64,000 nucleotides of DNA from Lingula anatina. Taxonomy: Eukaryota; Animalia; Brachiopoda. The notes beneath the pieces are model-generated. The model was not told the origin of the DNA, did not search any database, and saw nothing but the letters and a program-made list of their open reading frames with translations. Location of the stretch: positions 21,390,001-21,454,000 of the forward strand of contig CM120642.1 in NCBI GenBank assembly GCA_051362555.1, written 5' to 3'. Of this stretch, positions 1 to 13,261 are shown one piece after another (within the stretch, counting starts at the first letter, position 1; every line of letters starts with the position of its first letter). The translations under genes and the position numbers were made by a program.

Positions 1-373
1 ATGCTGAAAAAAATGAAAAAAATAGCATAACTTCCACAAATATGGCCCGATCATGCTGATTTTCGAACTTGACCTGTGTTTTATGAATATTCATCAGTTC
101 TGTAAGTTTCAAGCCAAAAGGTAAAACGGTTTTTCACTTATCGTGTTATCGGTGTTGCATTTATGCTGAAAAAAATGAAAAAATAGCATAACTTCCACAA
201 ATATGGCCCGATCATGCTGATTTTCGAACTTGACCTGCGTATTATGAATATTCATCAGTTCTGTAAGTTTCAAGCCAAAAGGTAAAACAGTTTTTCACTT
301 ATCGTGTTATCGGTGTTGCATTTATGCTGAAAAAAATGCATAACTTCCCTACATCTGTGTCTGTACATAAAAA
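1..373 (-). mobile_element. HINE-A (non-autonomous Helentron-like) 5' portion with ~162-bp tandem units; runs off the window start
   Basis: Units at 1, 163 and 324 are the reverse complement of the units at 14882-15330. 351-373 ACATCTGTGTCTGTACATAAAAA is the reverse complement of the element start at 14799. The second hairpin arm and the GTC microsatellite are deleted. Confidence 0.8.
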
Positions 374-1378
374 CAGATAGACCAATTGTCATTAAACTCA
401 CAGTAGTGGTCAATCTTACTTAAACACAGGTTGAGTTCGAAAATCAGCATAATCGGGCCATTATTTTAGAAGTTATGCTGTTTTTTCAAATTTCTTCAGA
501 TTCAATTCTTAGGCATGTTAACAGTCTCATTATTTAACTAATAAGATACGTAAAAGTGTTTGTTTGACATATCCTGCATCTTTACCACAGTGTTTTGATT
601 TTGTAAAAATGATGGTAAACTTGTTATCGTGCATTGTGTAATAAAGTTTCAAAAATGGAAATAAACTCATATCATTTCAGTTTGTCAGATTGAATCATTC
701 ACTATGTTCAGAAACTCAGAATGGAGGAAATTGGACATTTAACACTATTCTATTGATATTTTTCCCCTCTCATCAATTTTCTTAGTTGATCATATAAAAA
801 TGGCAGTAAACTGTTAATTTTGTTTTATGTTAAAAAATTGTTAAAAATGGGAAAACACCCATTTCAGAACAGTGCTGTCTTGTTTACATTTTGGCATTTT
901 CCAGGTGTGACTTTGAAGTTCCATGGGCCTGAAGACCTTTGCTAGTCACATTTTCTGAATATCCATGATACTAATATTTTATTATTAAAAATTGATGGTC
1001 ATTATGCTGTTAAACATTATGTAATGTTGCATCAAAGTTTGAAGAAACCCCTATTTTGGGCACTGCTCCCATGATGACCATGTAAGGAAAACCATGTCAC
1101 TTACTGTTCTTAAACTTAAAGGAAAGAATCACAGGACTAAAATGCAGCTTCAGTAAGCAATGCAATCTTTTTGGTAAATTTTTTCTGCCAATTAAACAGT
1201 TTTTTTTTGTGAAAATTTAACTTTTCACATATTGGCATTTTCAAAGTGTGACTTAGAACCTCCACGGGCTTGAAGACCCATGCTAGTCACATTTTCTGAA
1301 AATCCATTATACATATATTTTATTATTAAAAGTTGATGGTCATTATGCTGTTAAGCATTATGCAATATTGCATTAAAA
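374..1378 (+). mobile_element. HINE-A body (continues at 6908 after the hAT insertion)
   Basis: About 430-1378 aligns colinearly with about 15275-16200. Confidence 0.85.
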
Positions 1379-2157
1379 CAGTGTATGAAATGGCCGCCAG
1401 CCCGCCAGCCCGAGGCTGGTAACTTTCAGGCCGGGCGGGTAAGATTTGCAAATTACCCGCCCGACGGGCTGGCTATTTTTACAGCCTATTTTCACCTTTT
1501 ATTTTGTCTATGTTCACAAGCGATTTCAGCAAAATATCAAATAAATTCCAGTGTTCTCAATAATCTTTTTAAAATCCGAGTCCATGGGACTCACATGTTT
1601 GACAAAATGTGAGTCCCATGTAAATTTTTCGAGTCATTCTCTTGAAGAAGAAAAAAAAATAAGTACCATTTAGAATTGCACAAATGTGTTTATTGAAATA
1701 CATGTAACAGGTCAAAATTATGTAAAAATATAGCAAAATAAAAATATAACATCTTACAAAACATCTTTTTAAAAATAAAATTCTGCAGACTCATTGTACC
1801 AGGACTAGTCTACTAGAGAACGAAACTCAGTAAGTTTCTGTCAAATAAAACCAGTACTTTTCTGTTTTAGAAATATTGACTTTAAAACTACTTTGAATGC
1901 TTCCAAGATCATTTACAGTACGGTAATGACTCAATCTTTTCAATGGGGAAAAATTACAAATTTTTCAACGATGTAAATTTTATATCATGAAAATATATTT
2001 CTGTGTAGCATTTGTGGCTCTTTTTCTGTACAGAATAGAACAAAAAGGCAGCCTGCTTTTCAGTTTTGTAGCTACCATTCAATAGTTATGTTCTGATTTT
2101 AAGAAAATGTGACTTAAAAAATACAGCATCTGTAAAATTTGCAATTTTTACCCATAT

Positions 2158-5006
2158 TCATTGCCTTCCCTGTCGGATGGCTCGAAACTTGAGTTTAGCC
2201 TGTGTGTAATCAAATTCAGCAAAATGCGGACCATTTATTGTTATCTTCATAATATTCTGCAGCTGTGCCTCACTAAGTCGGTTCCTACATTTGGACTTAT
2301 GTAGGTTTTGGGCAGAAAAACCTCTTTCACATGATGCACTGTTGAGGGGGATGCACAGTGCAATTTGTGCCATTGTAGTGAAATCAGGAAAATCCTGATC
2401 GTGATTCTGAATGAGATTTTCACAATGGGATGTGAAGGTTAAATGCCTGCATAAGAATGTGTGATGCTTATATGGTACAAAGTCCTGTTGACACCTCTGA
2501 GTGTCAATAACATCAGGATGTTGATCATTGGTGTAGTGGTTGATAAGGAATTGAAGTTCATCTCCACCGTATGCTCCAAGATCTGCAGCAGCTTGTGGAT
2601 ATCTCTGTGGGTTGAGTAGCTTGTCCAAAGCTTTCAAACAATCCATAGTGTCTACTGGAAATCTGTCTTCAAGGTTCTCATTCAGAGTAGTGAAGAAAGC
2701 ATCTGAGAAAACACAAAAATAAAATGAGTTAGTGAACTGTTAGTCTGTTAGAATAAATGAATATATACAAATGATTTAAACCAATATCTGAGTTTGATAG
2801 ACTGAAACAACTTGTCTTGAGATATTATCTGATCATTATAGTAGTAATAAATTGTACCTTTCACTCTGGCAAAAGTAGCAACTTTGGCTTCAGTTCGGTT
2901 TACTGCTGTTTCCCTGTAGTTTCCATTGTCAGTCACCGCTCTATTCATCTGGTTTAGTGTGAGCAGGTAATCAGGATGTTCAGAGAATGTATGCAGTGAA
3001 CCTCTAACTGTCTCCAAACTTCGGTTAGCAGTGTCAAAATCCAAGCACTCCCGTTGAAAACACTTTGATAGCCTGTATTAATAAAGTAGAATAAATTTCT
3101 TTAAACTAGCCTGCATTAATAAAGTAGAATAAATTTCTTTAAACTGGAATCAAAAGTGACAATATTTTATGAAAATTAAAAGTTAAATTGCATTATGAAA
3201 AAATATTAGTTATACCTGCTGAATAGTGGTAGTATATCTACTAAAAGGCAAGTCAAGGCCAGGAAGAGATAATCATCAACTTTGTTGAGGAGCCCTCTGG
3301 CAACAGCATTTCCATTGGCCGCTTCTTCTCCAAGACAAACAACAAGGGGTGACCAGCAGTTCAAGATGGCAACAACAGCCTGTTCCAGGGAGAGCCAGCG
3401 AACAGCCAAAGGTTGCTTCAGTGTGAGAAACTGGTCATCTTCCATCAGATCATATACAGCTCGGGGTCTGTTGTATCTTACTGCAGAATTTTGGAAGAAC
3501 TGGTAGACTGCATTGACTGTTTCTTGGTAGGATTTAATTTGTTCCACTGAAGCCGCAGCTTGACCCACTGCTAAGGCCAGTTTGTGAGCCAGACAATGAA
3601 TATGTACAAGATATGGATTTCTGCCCTTTAACTGTACTCCCACACCTGTTCGCCGGCCAGTCATCACAGCAGCTCCATCACTACCCAGACCCATGACTTT
3701 AGAAGCTGAAATGTTGTATCCTTCCATCCACTGTTCAATTGCAGCCACAATTGTATCAGCTTTCCCATCTGGGACATTCAGGTTGGCAGAGAAAGAAGTT
3801 CTGGCTTTTCCACCTACAACAGTCTGGACATAAATAATCAATTTTTTGAAAATTGCAATGTCGCAACTTTCGTCCACTTGAATGCCTATGTATTTACTTT
3901 TCTCTATGGCATTTTTCATGTCATCCTCAATAGTATCTGACAGACACTGAACCATTTCATTTACCACTCCAGCTGACGTATAGTGTCCCTTCATTGACTG
4001 AAGTAGGCAAAGGTCCGGGTAGAGATTTAGAGCCAAGTTATGAGATACCAAAAAGTACACAGTTTTCATCTGATGACCGAGGTTGTCATCTGTTTTTTGT
4101 TCCGCTGTGGATATAGCCCGCTGTAGAGCTGACTGGCCCTTAAGAGTAGAAGCCGCTTGCTTATGTTATTCGGACTGCACGTGTCGAACAAGTGTAGATC
4201 TCTGGTAATCACTGCATCCCGGATCAGTTGTAAAAACGTTACTCTTCTTGGCACGTTTACAAATGGAGCAAAACATAAAGTTGTCCGTGACATAAAGCCA
4301 GTCTTTAAAACTGGGATCTTCCAGCCAGGTTTTGTTGAAAGTCAGGATCTTTTTTATGTACATATTGCCATCACCTGCGTCTGTCGTCGCCGTCGTCGCC
4401 GTCGCTGTCGCCGGCGCCGTCGCTGTCGCCGTCGCCGTCGGCGCCGTGCACTTTCCTTGTAAACACGATAAGTGGAAGGCAGTTTTACTTTTTGGCTTTA
4501 TATTTACAGAGCTGATGAATATTCATAAAACGCAGCTCAAGTTCGAAAATCAGGATGATCGGGCCATTATTGTAGAAGTTATGCTTTTTTTTTCACTTTT
4601 CAACATATATGCAACAGTGTAAACACATTTCAAGGAAAACTGATAGGCCTGTTGTCGTGAACTCTCAGGAGTAATTGATCTTACTAAAATGCAGGTCAAG
4701 TTCGAAAATCGGCATGCAGCCTGAGTTGGAAAAGCAGTCTAATTGGCTTCTTTTTCTGGAAGTTATACATTTTCAAAGTGTGAACTTGAACTCTCATGGG
4801 CCTGAAGCCTTATGCTTGTTACACATTTTACTTACATTGATATTACCTGTTGAGCATAATTAAAATTTGATGTTGAATTTGCAGTTTAACATAATGTACT
4901 TTTGCATCAGAATGGACAGTAGTCTATTTTGTGCATAGTTATTTCCTGCTTTTTGTCTGTACATTTGACAGCTTTGCTGCCTTGTTTTAGCATGGGACTG
5001 CGCCAT
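2158..5006 (-). pseudogene. hAT transposase (ZNF862-like), 3 exons, inactivated by a HINE insertion and one nonsense codon
   Basis: ATG at 5006 (MAQSHAK), interrupted by the HINE at 4350-4988, then KILTFNKTW...CSIC...HVQSE*H zinc finger in frame with ORF 4069-3216 (VDESCD, GSDGAAVMTG, HCLAH, VRWLS). GT-AG introns 3215-3073 and 2857-2703 restore FSRLSKCFQRE and VKDAFF...LEDRFP. C-terminal dimerisation motif PLNSASCERGFS...RNRL; stop at 2158. Confidence 0.92.
4350..4988 (+). mobile_element. Short internally deleted HINE-A copy inside transposase exon 1
   Basis: Starts TTTTTATGTACA, then (GTCGCC)n microsatellite; ends TGTCTGTACATTTGACAGCTTTGCTGCCTTGTTTT (subterminal IR plus hairpin). Inserted in a T-run with no other target duplication. 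Confidence 0.88.
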
Positions 5007-6907
5007 TTTGAGACATTACAACCACCTGCATTCGGCACACCTCGGTCTTTTTCGTCAGGGATAACCTCAGCCGTAATGAGCGCCATTTTGCGTATTGCGT
5101 CATTCGGTAGATGGCGCACTAAGTGACGTGACAGGCCCAGCAAACTGCCAAACACGGTGTGTTTTTGTAAATTAATACGCTAGTTTCACCAATCACATCA
5201 CTCATTCTGTATAATTTCCGTGGTCACTAAGATAATCATCCCTTTCAGTTGTTTTTTTTATCTCTCCCACTAATCACCCGCCTAAACAGGACCGCATTTT
5301 TTTTCGTCCCAGGGACGAAAGGGTGTTGATTATTTTACGTCCTTTTTAATTTCATTGCGTTTTTTACATATTGGGATGCCGTAAATGAGAACACTGAATT
5401 CACTGTTTTCACCCACTTTCATAGAAGCAAAGAACTAACCATAGCTTCCATCGAACGCTCGTATTGAAATGTAACTAACAGTCTCCCTCTCAGTGGCCTT
5501 GTTTTCGAAGTTTTGTCTGTGTGATATGAAGTTGAAGGACAATTTGAAATGAGGCACATTGTTTTTAACCAGCTTCAGTGCACAGCAGATAACATCATGT
5601 CATTGTTTTGTGTAGAGGAGATACCGCGAGTAGCAATTTGTAGGTTGAGAGTAATAAAAATGTGACAGTATAAAAAGTTATGATATTGATTAAATAGACT
5701 TATAGGTACATGAAGTGCTTATAATCAACAGTAATAAAGGCAACGGAGGCAAATTAAAGGAGAATTTTACAAAAAATTTGAATCCCAAAATTATGAGTGA
5801 ACGTACGAGTTTACGCCGTGCGTCAGATGTAGTTCTTTTCCCACGTGCTTTCATCTTGGGCTGTCAAAAATGAAAAAAATTCTATCAAGTCAGATAGAGA
5901 AGTTCACAAAAGAAAAACAATTGAGGAAAGAAATAAAAATAAGAAAAATTACGACAGAACCAAACGAAAGAAAACAAATTGGGACCCATGGAAAGGTGAC
6001 TTCGGTTTGCAATGAGTCGAGCGGCAAATTTTTTTGTAAAACTGTAACTCGAAATTATCACGCATTGCGACCGATCGCAAGCATCTCGATCCAGTAACTC
6101 GCCCATACTCGCCCCATATAATTTATTGTAGCCTCTATGTGATATTGCTATTCTCAATAAGCGATGCTTTCAAGATACGGGGCCCTGCAGGACTGTCTAT
6201 TGGCCATTAGCATGCAGGACCGTTCCCGACTGCTTTTTAAAGCTTAAAAGCGATTTTCAAAGGGACCCTACGTGCTGAATTCTTTCTTCTTTATTGTTAG
6301 CACAGAGATCGATTTATTTGACAAGAATATATATATTTGGTCATACTTGTTGCTATACAGAAAAGCAAAAATTATGATCAAATGATATCACGAAATAGGA
6401 ATAAAAGTTATGAATAAATTATTGAAGAAGAAATGAGACAGCCTGCAAGGTGAACATAAACTGAATTGACTGCCACCCCCCTCCCCCGCCCGCTAAAGGG
6501 CCCTGAAAACTTTTGGTATTTTAGATGGTGAATGGTGCCATTTGGTATGGTTTAGAACTATGATTCAACTAGTGAAAAGTCTTATTTCAAGAGGTAAGGG
6601 GGGTTTTTTGCAGAAATTGAAAGGGGGGTGTCAGAACCCCCCTGACCCCCCTCTAAATCCAACACTAACAAGGTATCATTCAGTAGAAATTCCAACCAAT
6701 TTCTAAATTTCCACGCATGAGGCATGATATTGCCCTTTCATTTCCAAATTACTCTCCCAAGAATGCATTCTAGACCCCCTCAGCATACCTTTCTTAACTC
6801 TAGGGGTTATCATAACTAGGGCAGGTAACTACATGGCCGGGCTGGTAACTTTTCAGAGTTACCTGCCCGGCGGTCTGGCTAGCAATTTCCTTGAATTTCA
6901 TACACTG

Positions 6908-7532
6908 ATTAAAATAGAAGAAAACACAATTTTTGGTGCTGCTGCCAAGATGGCCATTATGGGAAAACCATGTTACTTATGATTGTCAAACTTTCAAAAA
7001 AGAAACACAGGACTAAAATGCAGCCTGAGTTGGAAAAGCAGTCTTATTGGCTTCTTTTTTTGGAAGCTATACATTTTAGTGAAATATTCATTTTTTTTCG
7101 TGTTGGCATATTCATTGTGGGACTCGGAGCTCCCATGGACATGAAGTTGAATGGTAATCAAATTTTCTACATGTCCATGCTATTTGTAGTCAATAATCAA
7201 AAATTGGTGATAATTATTCTGTAATATATTACGTAATGTTACATCAAAATGGACAGAAATCTTTTTGCACTGCTACTACAAAAATTATGAAAAGAAAACT
7301 GTGTTACTTCTTATTTTTAACTTATAAGTATGATTTTTAAGATCGGCATGCAGTTCAAATTAGAAAGCCAGTTCAATTGGGTTGTCATTTATATTTGAAT
7401 TTTACAATTTTGTGTGAAATTTTCATTTTTCTCATTCTGGCATTTTCAAAGTGTGAACTTGAACTCCGGTGGGCCTGAAGCCTTATGCTTGTTACACATT
7501 TTACTTACATTGGTATTACCTGTTGATCATAA
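6908..7532 (+). mobile_element. HINE-A body, continuation
   Basis: Matches ~16200-16330 and ~16574-17297. Confidence 0.8.
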
Positions 7533-8220
7533 TTGTACCACCAGCGTTAGCGCTGGCGGTACACATGGTTTTAGTCCCGTCCGGATCGTTCCGCCGGCTC
7601 CTGCGGCTCCGCCGGCTCCGCCGGACGGCTACCGTTACCGCTTCTCCTCCTAGACGGTAAGGGTTGTACCCATCTCTTGGATTTAGGTCACCTGTAATCT
7701 CAACTCGTTCCACGTAAAATTTGGGCTTTGTCGGTATTGGGGTCTAGGTGTGGCACTCATTGCAATGCACCCTTGTCTAAAAATGGCAAAATTAAATGCT
7801 AATTATCTACCCTGTCTCTAATTCGGGAACCGTTAATGCTAGAGACCCATTCTTTTTTGCTTTTTGTAGAGCATGTAAAGCCCAACACTGGAGGTGGTCT
7901 CCGTTTTTTTGTATTCCATACGGTTTTCGAGTTACGCTGTATCAAAAAGTACATATTGGTGGTGAAAGCAAAATATACAGTACGGTAATGGATAATAAAT
8001 TTTGAACTCCGGAAAAATAAAACATAAGGCTTGGCAAAGCAGACAACTTGTGGTCAAAAATGACATTATTTCATCAAATTTGAACTTCTGGAACTTCAAA
8101 GCACCTCCCATTTCAAGAATTTTGACCAAAATGACCTTTTCTTAATTTTAATTAATTTTTTCTGTAGGAAATTTATGGCACATTATGGTAACTCCAAAAT
8201 TATAACATTTAGTCCCTTAT

Positions 8221-9152
8221 ATCTCCAAAACTGGCAGAGATAGGTCCATAGTTACTATTGAACTTGAATAGGAAGTCATATACTGGCAATCTAAATGTGA
8301 CCTTAAAATTGACCTTTGACCTACTTTTCACCATGAACTGAACTTTGCAAATTTTGCTTCCCTTTTATCTCCAAAACTGGCAGAGATAGGTCCATAGTTA
8401 CTATTGAACCTGAATAGGAAGTCATATACTGGCAATCTAAATGTGACCTTAAAATTGACCTTTGACCTACTTTTCACCATGAACTGAACTTTGCAAATTT
8501 TGCTTCCCTTTTATCTCCAAAACTGGCAGAGATAGTTCCATAGTTACTATTGAACTTGAATAGGAAGTCATATACTGGCAATCTAAATGTGACCTTAAAA
8601 TTGACCTTTGACCTACTTTTCACCATGAACTGAACTTTGCTTCCCTTTTATCTCCAAAACTGGCAGAGATAGGTCCATAGTTACTATTGAACTTGAATAG
8701 GAAGTCATATACTGGCAATCTAAATGTGACCTTGAAATTGACCTTTGACCTACTTTTCACCATGAACTGAATTTGCAAATTTTGCTTCCCTTTTATCTCC
8801 AAAACTGGCAGAGATAGGTCCATAGTTTCTATTGAACTTGAATAGGAAGTCATATACTGGCAATCTAAATGTGACCTTAAAATTGACCTTTGACCTACTT
8901 TTCACCATGGACTGAACTTTGCAAATTTTGCTTCCCTTTTATCTCCAAAACTGGCAGAGATAGGTCCATAGTTACTATTGAACTTGAATAGGAAGTCATA
9001 TACTGGCAATCTAAATGTGACCTTGAAATTGACTTTTGACCTACTTTTCACCATGAACTAAACTTTGCAAATTTTGCTTCCCTTTTATCTCCAAAACTGG
9101 CAGAGATAGGTCCATAGAACTTGAATGGGAAGTCATATACTGGGAATCTAAA
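8221..9152 (+). repeat. 146-bp tandem array (HINE-B core), left part
   Basis: ATCTCCAAAACTGGCAGAGATAGG recurs at 8221, 8367, 8513 and onward. Confidence 0.95.
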
Positions 9153-12100
9153 CAGTCTGTCCGGAGATCTGGCATATCAATGCGTAAATGGTGATTATTA
9201 CAAAAAATCCTACGCGCTTGCACAAAATAGTCCGCGACGTGTGTTTCGCGCCATATTTTGCAAAATCCATATCTGTTATGAAAATCCATGAAACTCTGTG
9301 AATAGCCCATTATTCCGCTTGAAACTTTCAAATAATAAAATTTAGAACTTGATGTAAACGCTCAATGTAAAATGAACATTTCATTTCCGTGGAAAAATTT
9401 GTATCAGCTGTCTAAAAATAGCACACGCGTTTTTCCCAAGCTGACCTTGGAATTTTTTACCCAAAAATGAAATGATTGCAGAAAAAATGGACAAACCTAA
9501 TTTTTTGATATTATAATGATTTATTAAACTATATATGCTCAAATTACACCACGAAGAATAATTTTTTTGTGAGACCTTCCTTCTTTGTAAAATCTCTATT
9601 TTAGTGCGAATTAATTAGGTCAGTCGAAATTGGGACTGTCACGTTGCACTGAGCAAGTGACTCGAGAGCGTTTTTCTCGGTAAATCTTGCATTTCGGTTG
9701 AAAATATGGAATGTTCAGCTTTTCAAGTGTATATTTATAGTATACAGTGTGTAACTGTCATAGTGAGAGCTGTTATGGAAAACAATACATGAAGAAACTA
9801 CATCGGTGCTGCAGATAGACCATATCGCTGCCATAACATGGTTTCAGACTGGAAAATTCTGCCGTTTGCCTTTCAAGTTACATAGCTTTGGGTTTGCAGA
9901 CTAAAAGGTGAGTCTTTTTTGCATTCACTAAGTTTCATAGAAGCGCCGAAATATATAGAAATGATTTCGGAGTAACCTCCCTTTGCATAGTTCAAAAGCA
10001 CTTGTTGACGTTCAGTACTAGTGAAATGTTACATTTTGTTGCAAAGTTACAGTTGTACTTTGTTTACATAAAATGTGTACTTGCGTACCTTTATCCGTTC
10101 TATTTCCTTTATGGAGTTGGAATCTAGACCTTTTCCAAAATAGGGTGTGTGTGTCTATACACACCTGTTAACTAGCACATTGCGCAATCAGCATTACTGG
10201 TGTACTAAAGGTCTTTCTTGGGCAGGTTCCAAAGTTGTTTTACATTATAAGTTTAAATATTGTTTTTTTTTTACAATTTTTCTCAATTTATCTGAAATTG
10301 TTGGTATTAAAATAAAAGTAAATGAAATAAGTTTAAATTAAATTAAACAAGTTTTTAAAAAAATAGTTTGTCAAGGCACAGCCACACTGTATGACCAAAG
10401 CCCACTTTATGACCTATGCATTGTGCTTTTTCAGTTTTAGTGTAATGCTGACAGCATACAGGGTATCCCTGCCTAAGCTATAGCATGAGAATGGACTTGA
10501 TGGCATGAAATGAAAAGATACCAGTTAGAAGGTAATTAAGTGTTTATCAAAAAAAAAAAAAAAAAAAAAAAAAAAAGCCCATACTTCTGTATTTTTTATA
10601 ACTGGCCTATTACTAGTAGGACCAAGGAATTATTAATATTATATAGTACTTTGATAAACAACTGGTGTGAGACTGACAATGAGGTGATTTTTTTTTATTC
10701 TATAGATTTTTCATTAAATTTCAGTTTTTGTCTGCTTTGTATAAATTTCTTGTTTCTACATGTATGATTTTATCATTATATTATAATTATTTTTAACAGA
10801 TTCCTGAATTTCATATCAGCTGACAATAAGGGAAGAGGTGTTCTAGTCAAGACCAGGGAAAATTTATTTCCACACAATTTTGTGTGATGGTGCTGTTGAT
10901 GCAGGTGTGACTGAACAAGAGATGGTGTTTTGTAGAGTCTTGGATATTATTTACCCTAGAAACCTTTCTCATAGCAGACAAGTTCTGGAACATTATTTTC
11001 TTCCAGTATTAAACAGGATGGGCTTTGACCCAAAAGACTTCCATTGAGAGTGGCCTGCCTTTAAAGAGTACATTGTACATAGGTGGCAGGTTTATAGTGA
11101 ATTAAAAAAAAAAAAGACGTGTACCGATTTGTTTCAAAGCTAGGAGACCAGACAAAGATTAGAATACATACAATAATGCTAACTGAAATTGCCTTGTTCA
11201 GCCTGTCTACTTCTCAGGTGGAGGGAGGATACAGTGCTCTCAAAAGAATCAAATCTGACTGGAGGTCAAGTTTGGGGAATATTATGCTTAAGTTAACAAA
11301 TTTTTGACGGCAGTTTTAAGGGGCCAAGTTTTGATGATCATTTAGTCAAGGAATCTATCAACCCCTGGGTGGCAGGGAAAACAGCACAATTTTGAACTTG
11401 GAAATTGATTTAGTTTTCTGATTGTCATATCCAGGTAAATGACCTGACCATTGAAGATTCTAGGGAAATAAAAAATTGAAACATACTTGTATACTATACT
11501 GAAGTTTTTTTTTTCATTTTTAATGCATTTTACTTTGATATGTATTTAATTACAAATTATATTCAAGAATTTTCAGCTGGGGAAGATCTTATTTGTATGT
11601 CAGTTTTGGCTAAAGTAATATTCATAACTTGATGGGGCAGGTGCTTCTCCTGCCCCCAGAATAGACGGATCAAGTTGGCCAAAGAGTTTATTGCAGCCTT
11701 GTTAACTGCTTTGATTTAAAAGGCAAACTTTGAAAAAGTTCAGTGCATATTCATGAGGCTGAATGAACATTTCCCAGGAACAGTGTTTTAAGGACACCAG
11801 TTTACTTAGTTTTGTTTATTACACAGATTTTAATATTTTGCATGTAAATTTAAATAGATTAGGGATTTTTCAAATTATAATTGGAAGGGTCTCATTTTAA
11901 ATAGTTTAATATGTAAGAGACAAAAATAGTACTAGTACATAGAAATAAATCTTGAGCAGTAAAATAAGAGAACAAGGCATAAGTGCAGATCTTATGAATA
12001 AACTGGTGTTGAATGATTTTTTTTTTTAATTATCAAAACCCTTTCAGGCTTTAAAAAGTACAACCTGGCCATAGGCCAGTACTTCATTGTACAGTAAATA

Positions 12101-13261
12101 TATATCCAAATAAAAAAATTGTGTTTTATTTATAACTAGATCTAGCAATATCTTCCTATATTAGTCAAAATTCACACTGGATTTCTTGTGGAGTGGATCA
12201 TAACTATACCATTTTTGATGTTTTCAGAATGAAGCATATAACTCTTGGAATAAATCTGATGTTTGATGTACAGTCCTTGTTCGTATTTTTATTCTCATTG
12301 TGATCTGTTTGCTCTGATATTCAGAATATTTAAGAAAACTTGTAGTATTTCTAAGTCGGGTCAGTGCTTCAGGTTGGTCACGTGACGCTATAAATTATGA
12401 CGAAAATGGGGTTCCATTTTTGTCGTCTTTTTGGAGATTCACTTATTTCCCCACACAAAATGGGTAAAAATTGTAGGAGACATACCTTATGATATAGCAT
12501 TTGAAAGTTTATGATATCGTCTTTCTGCAAGATATAATTGTTTGAAAATATTTTGCGTTTCCTGCGATACGTAATCACAGTAACCTACTGCACTTGAAAT
12601 AATCGGTTTTGCCAACTTTTACACCGACTTCACGGGATTATTAACACTTTGTCAGCCAGTTGGGCCCCGAACGCAACATATATTTAATATCAACACGAAG
12701 CCCACTTGTTTAGCTTTTAGAATATATGTAAAACGCTGGTGAAATAAACATTGTAGCAATTTTGTAATAGTTGAAACGCACTAGTGTGACACGCTTCAGA
12801 AATGCGAGTGCTTGGCGTCGATTTCACCTCGCGCTAAAAAAAATGGACAAAGCTGAATTTACAAAACATATATACTGCCAGAAACCCAGCTTAATTGGCT
12901 TTCATGATTTAGTTTTTAAAAAATTGTGAGATTTCATATTCTTACAGAAATCTTTAAGTAGAAAATTGCGGACACCTGAAACAGGGCTCCATTTGCAATC
13001 ACCCGCGTGGATAAATCTCCCATTTTACAGTTCTAAATCTATTTTTTATGACAACTTACCTTAAAATTCCGAATCTCTAGACATTCCCGCTTCCTTTTAT
13101 ATACATATTGTTTAATCACATCAACAGTTGACAATAATACACATGAAAACAAGAAGAGATCAACAGTTGACCATTTTCACTCGATTTTGCTGAAAGTAGT
13201 GCGGAAATGGCCGTCGCTTCAGTCAATGTGCACCCGCAGCTCGGAATCTCCGGACAGACTG
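9153..13261. mobile_element. Non-autonomous TIR DNA transposon with 3-bp TSD, Academ-like (superfamily tentative)
   Basis: Perfect 16-bp TIRs CAGTCTGTCCGGAGAT / ATCTCCGGACAGACTG. AAA is duplicated at 9150-9152 and 13262-13264 within the monomer sequence AATCT-AAA-TGTGACC. Confidence 0.85.
10800..11375 (+). pseudogene. Degenerate, internally deleted hAT transposase remnant
   Basis: ILCDGAVDAGVTEQEMVFCRV (first catalytic Asp region, ~10876-10945) and STSQVEGGYSALKRIKSDWRSSL (hAT C-terminal motif, in ORF 11119-11307), with frameshifts between them. Confidence 0.7.

Larger units (their letters stand above)
1379..6907 (-). mobile_element. hAT DNA transposon, ~5.5 kb, defective
   Basis: 13-bp TIRs CAGTGTATGAAAT / ATTTCATACACTG. 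Flanking duplication ATTAAAA at 1372-1378 and 6908-6914. GC-rich subterminal motifs (GCCAGCCCG, GGCTGGTAAC) at both ends. An empty homologous site lies at ~16191-16210. Transposase inside. Confidence 0.93.

Noticed and set aside
4157-4622. Arg-rich and Ala/Val-rich ORFs
   Set aside because: They are translations of the (GTCGCC)n microsatellite of HINE-A.
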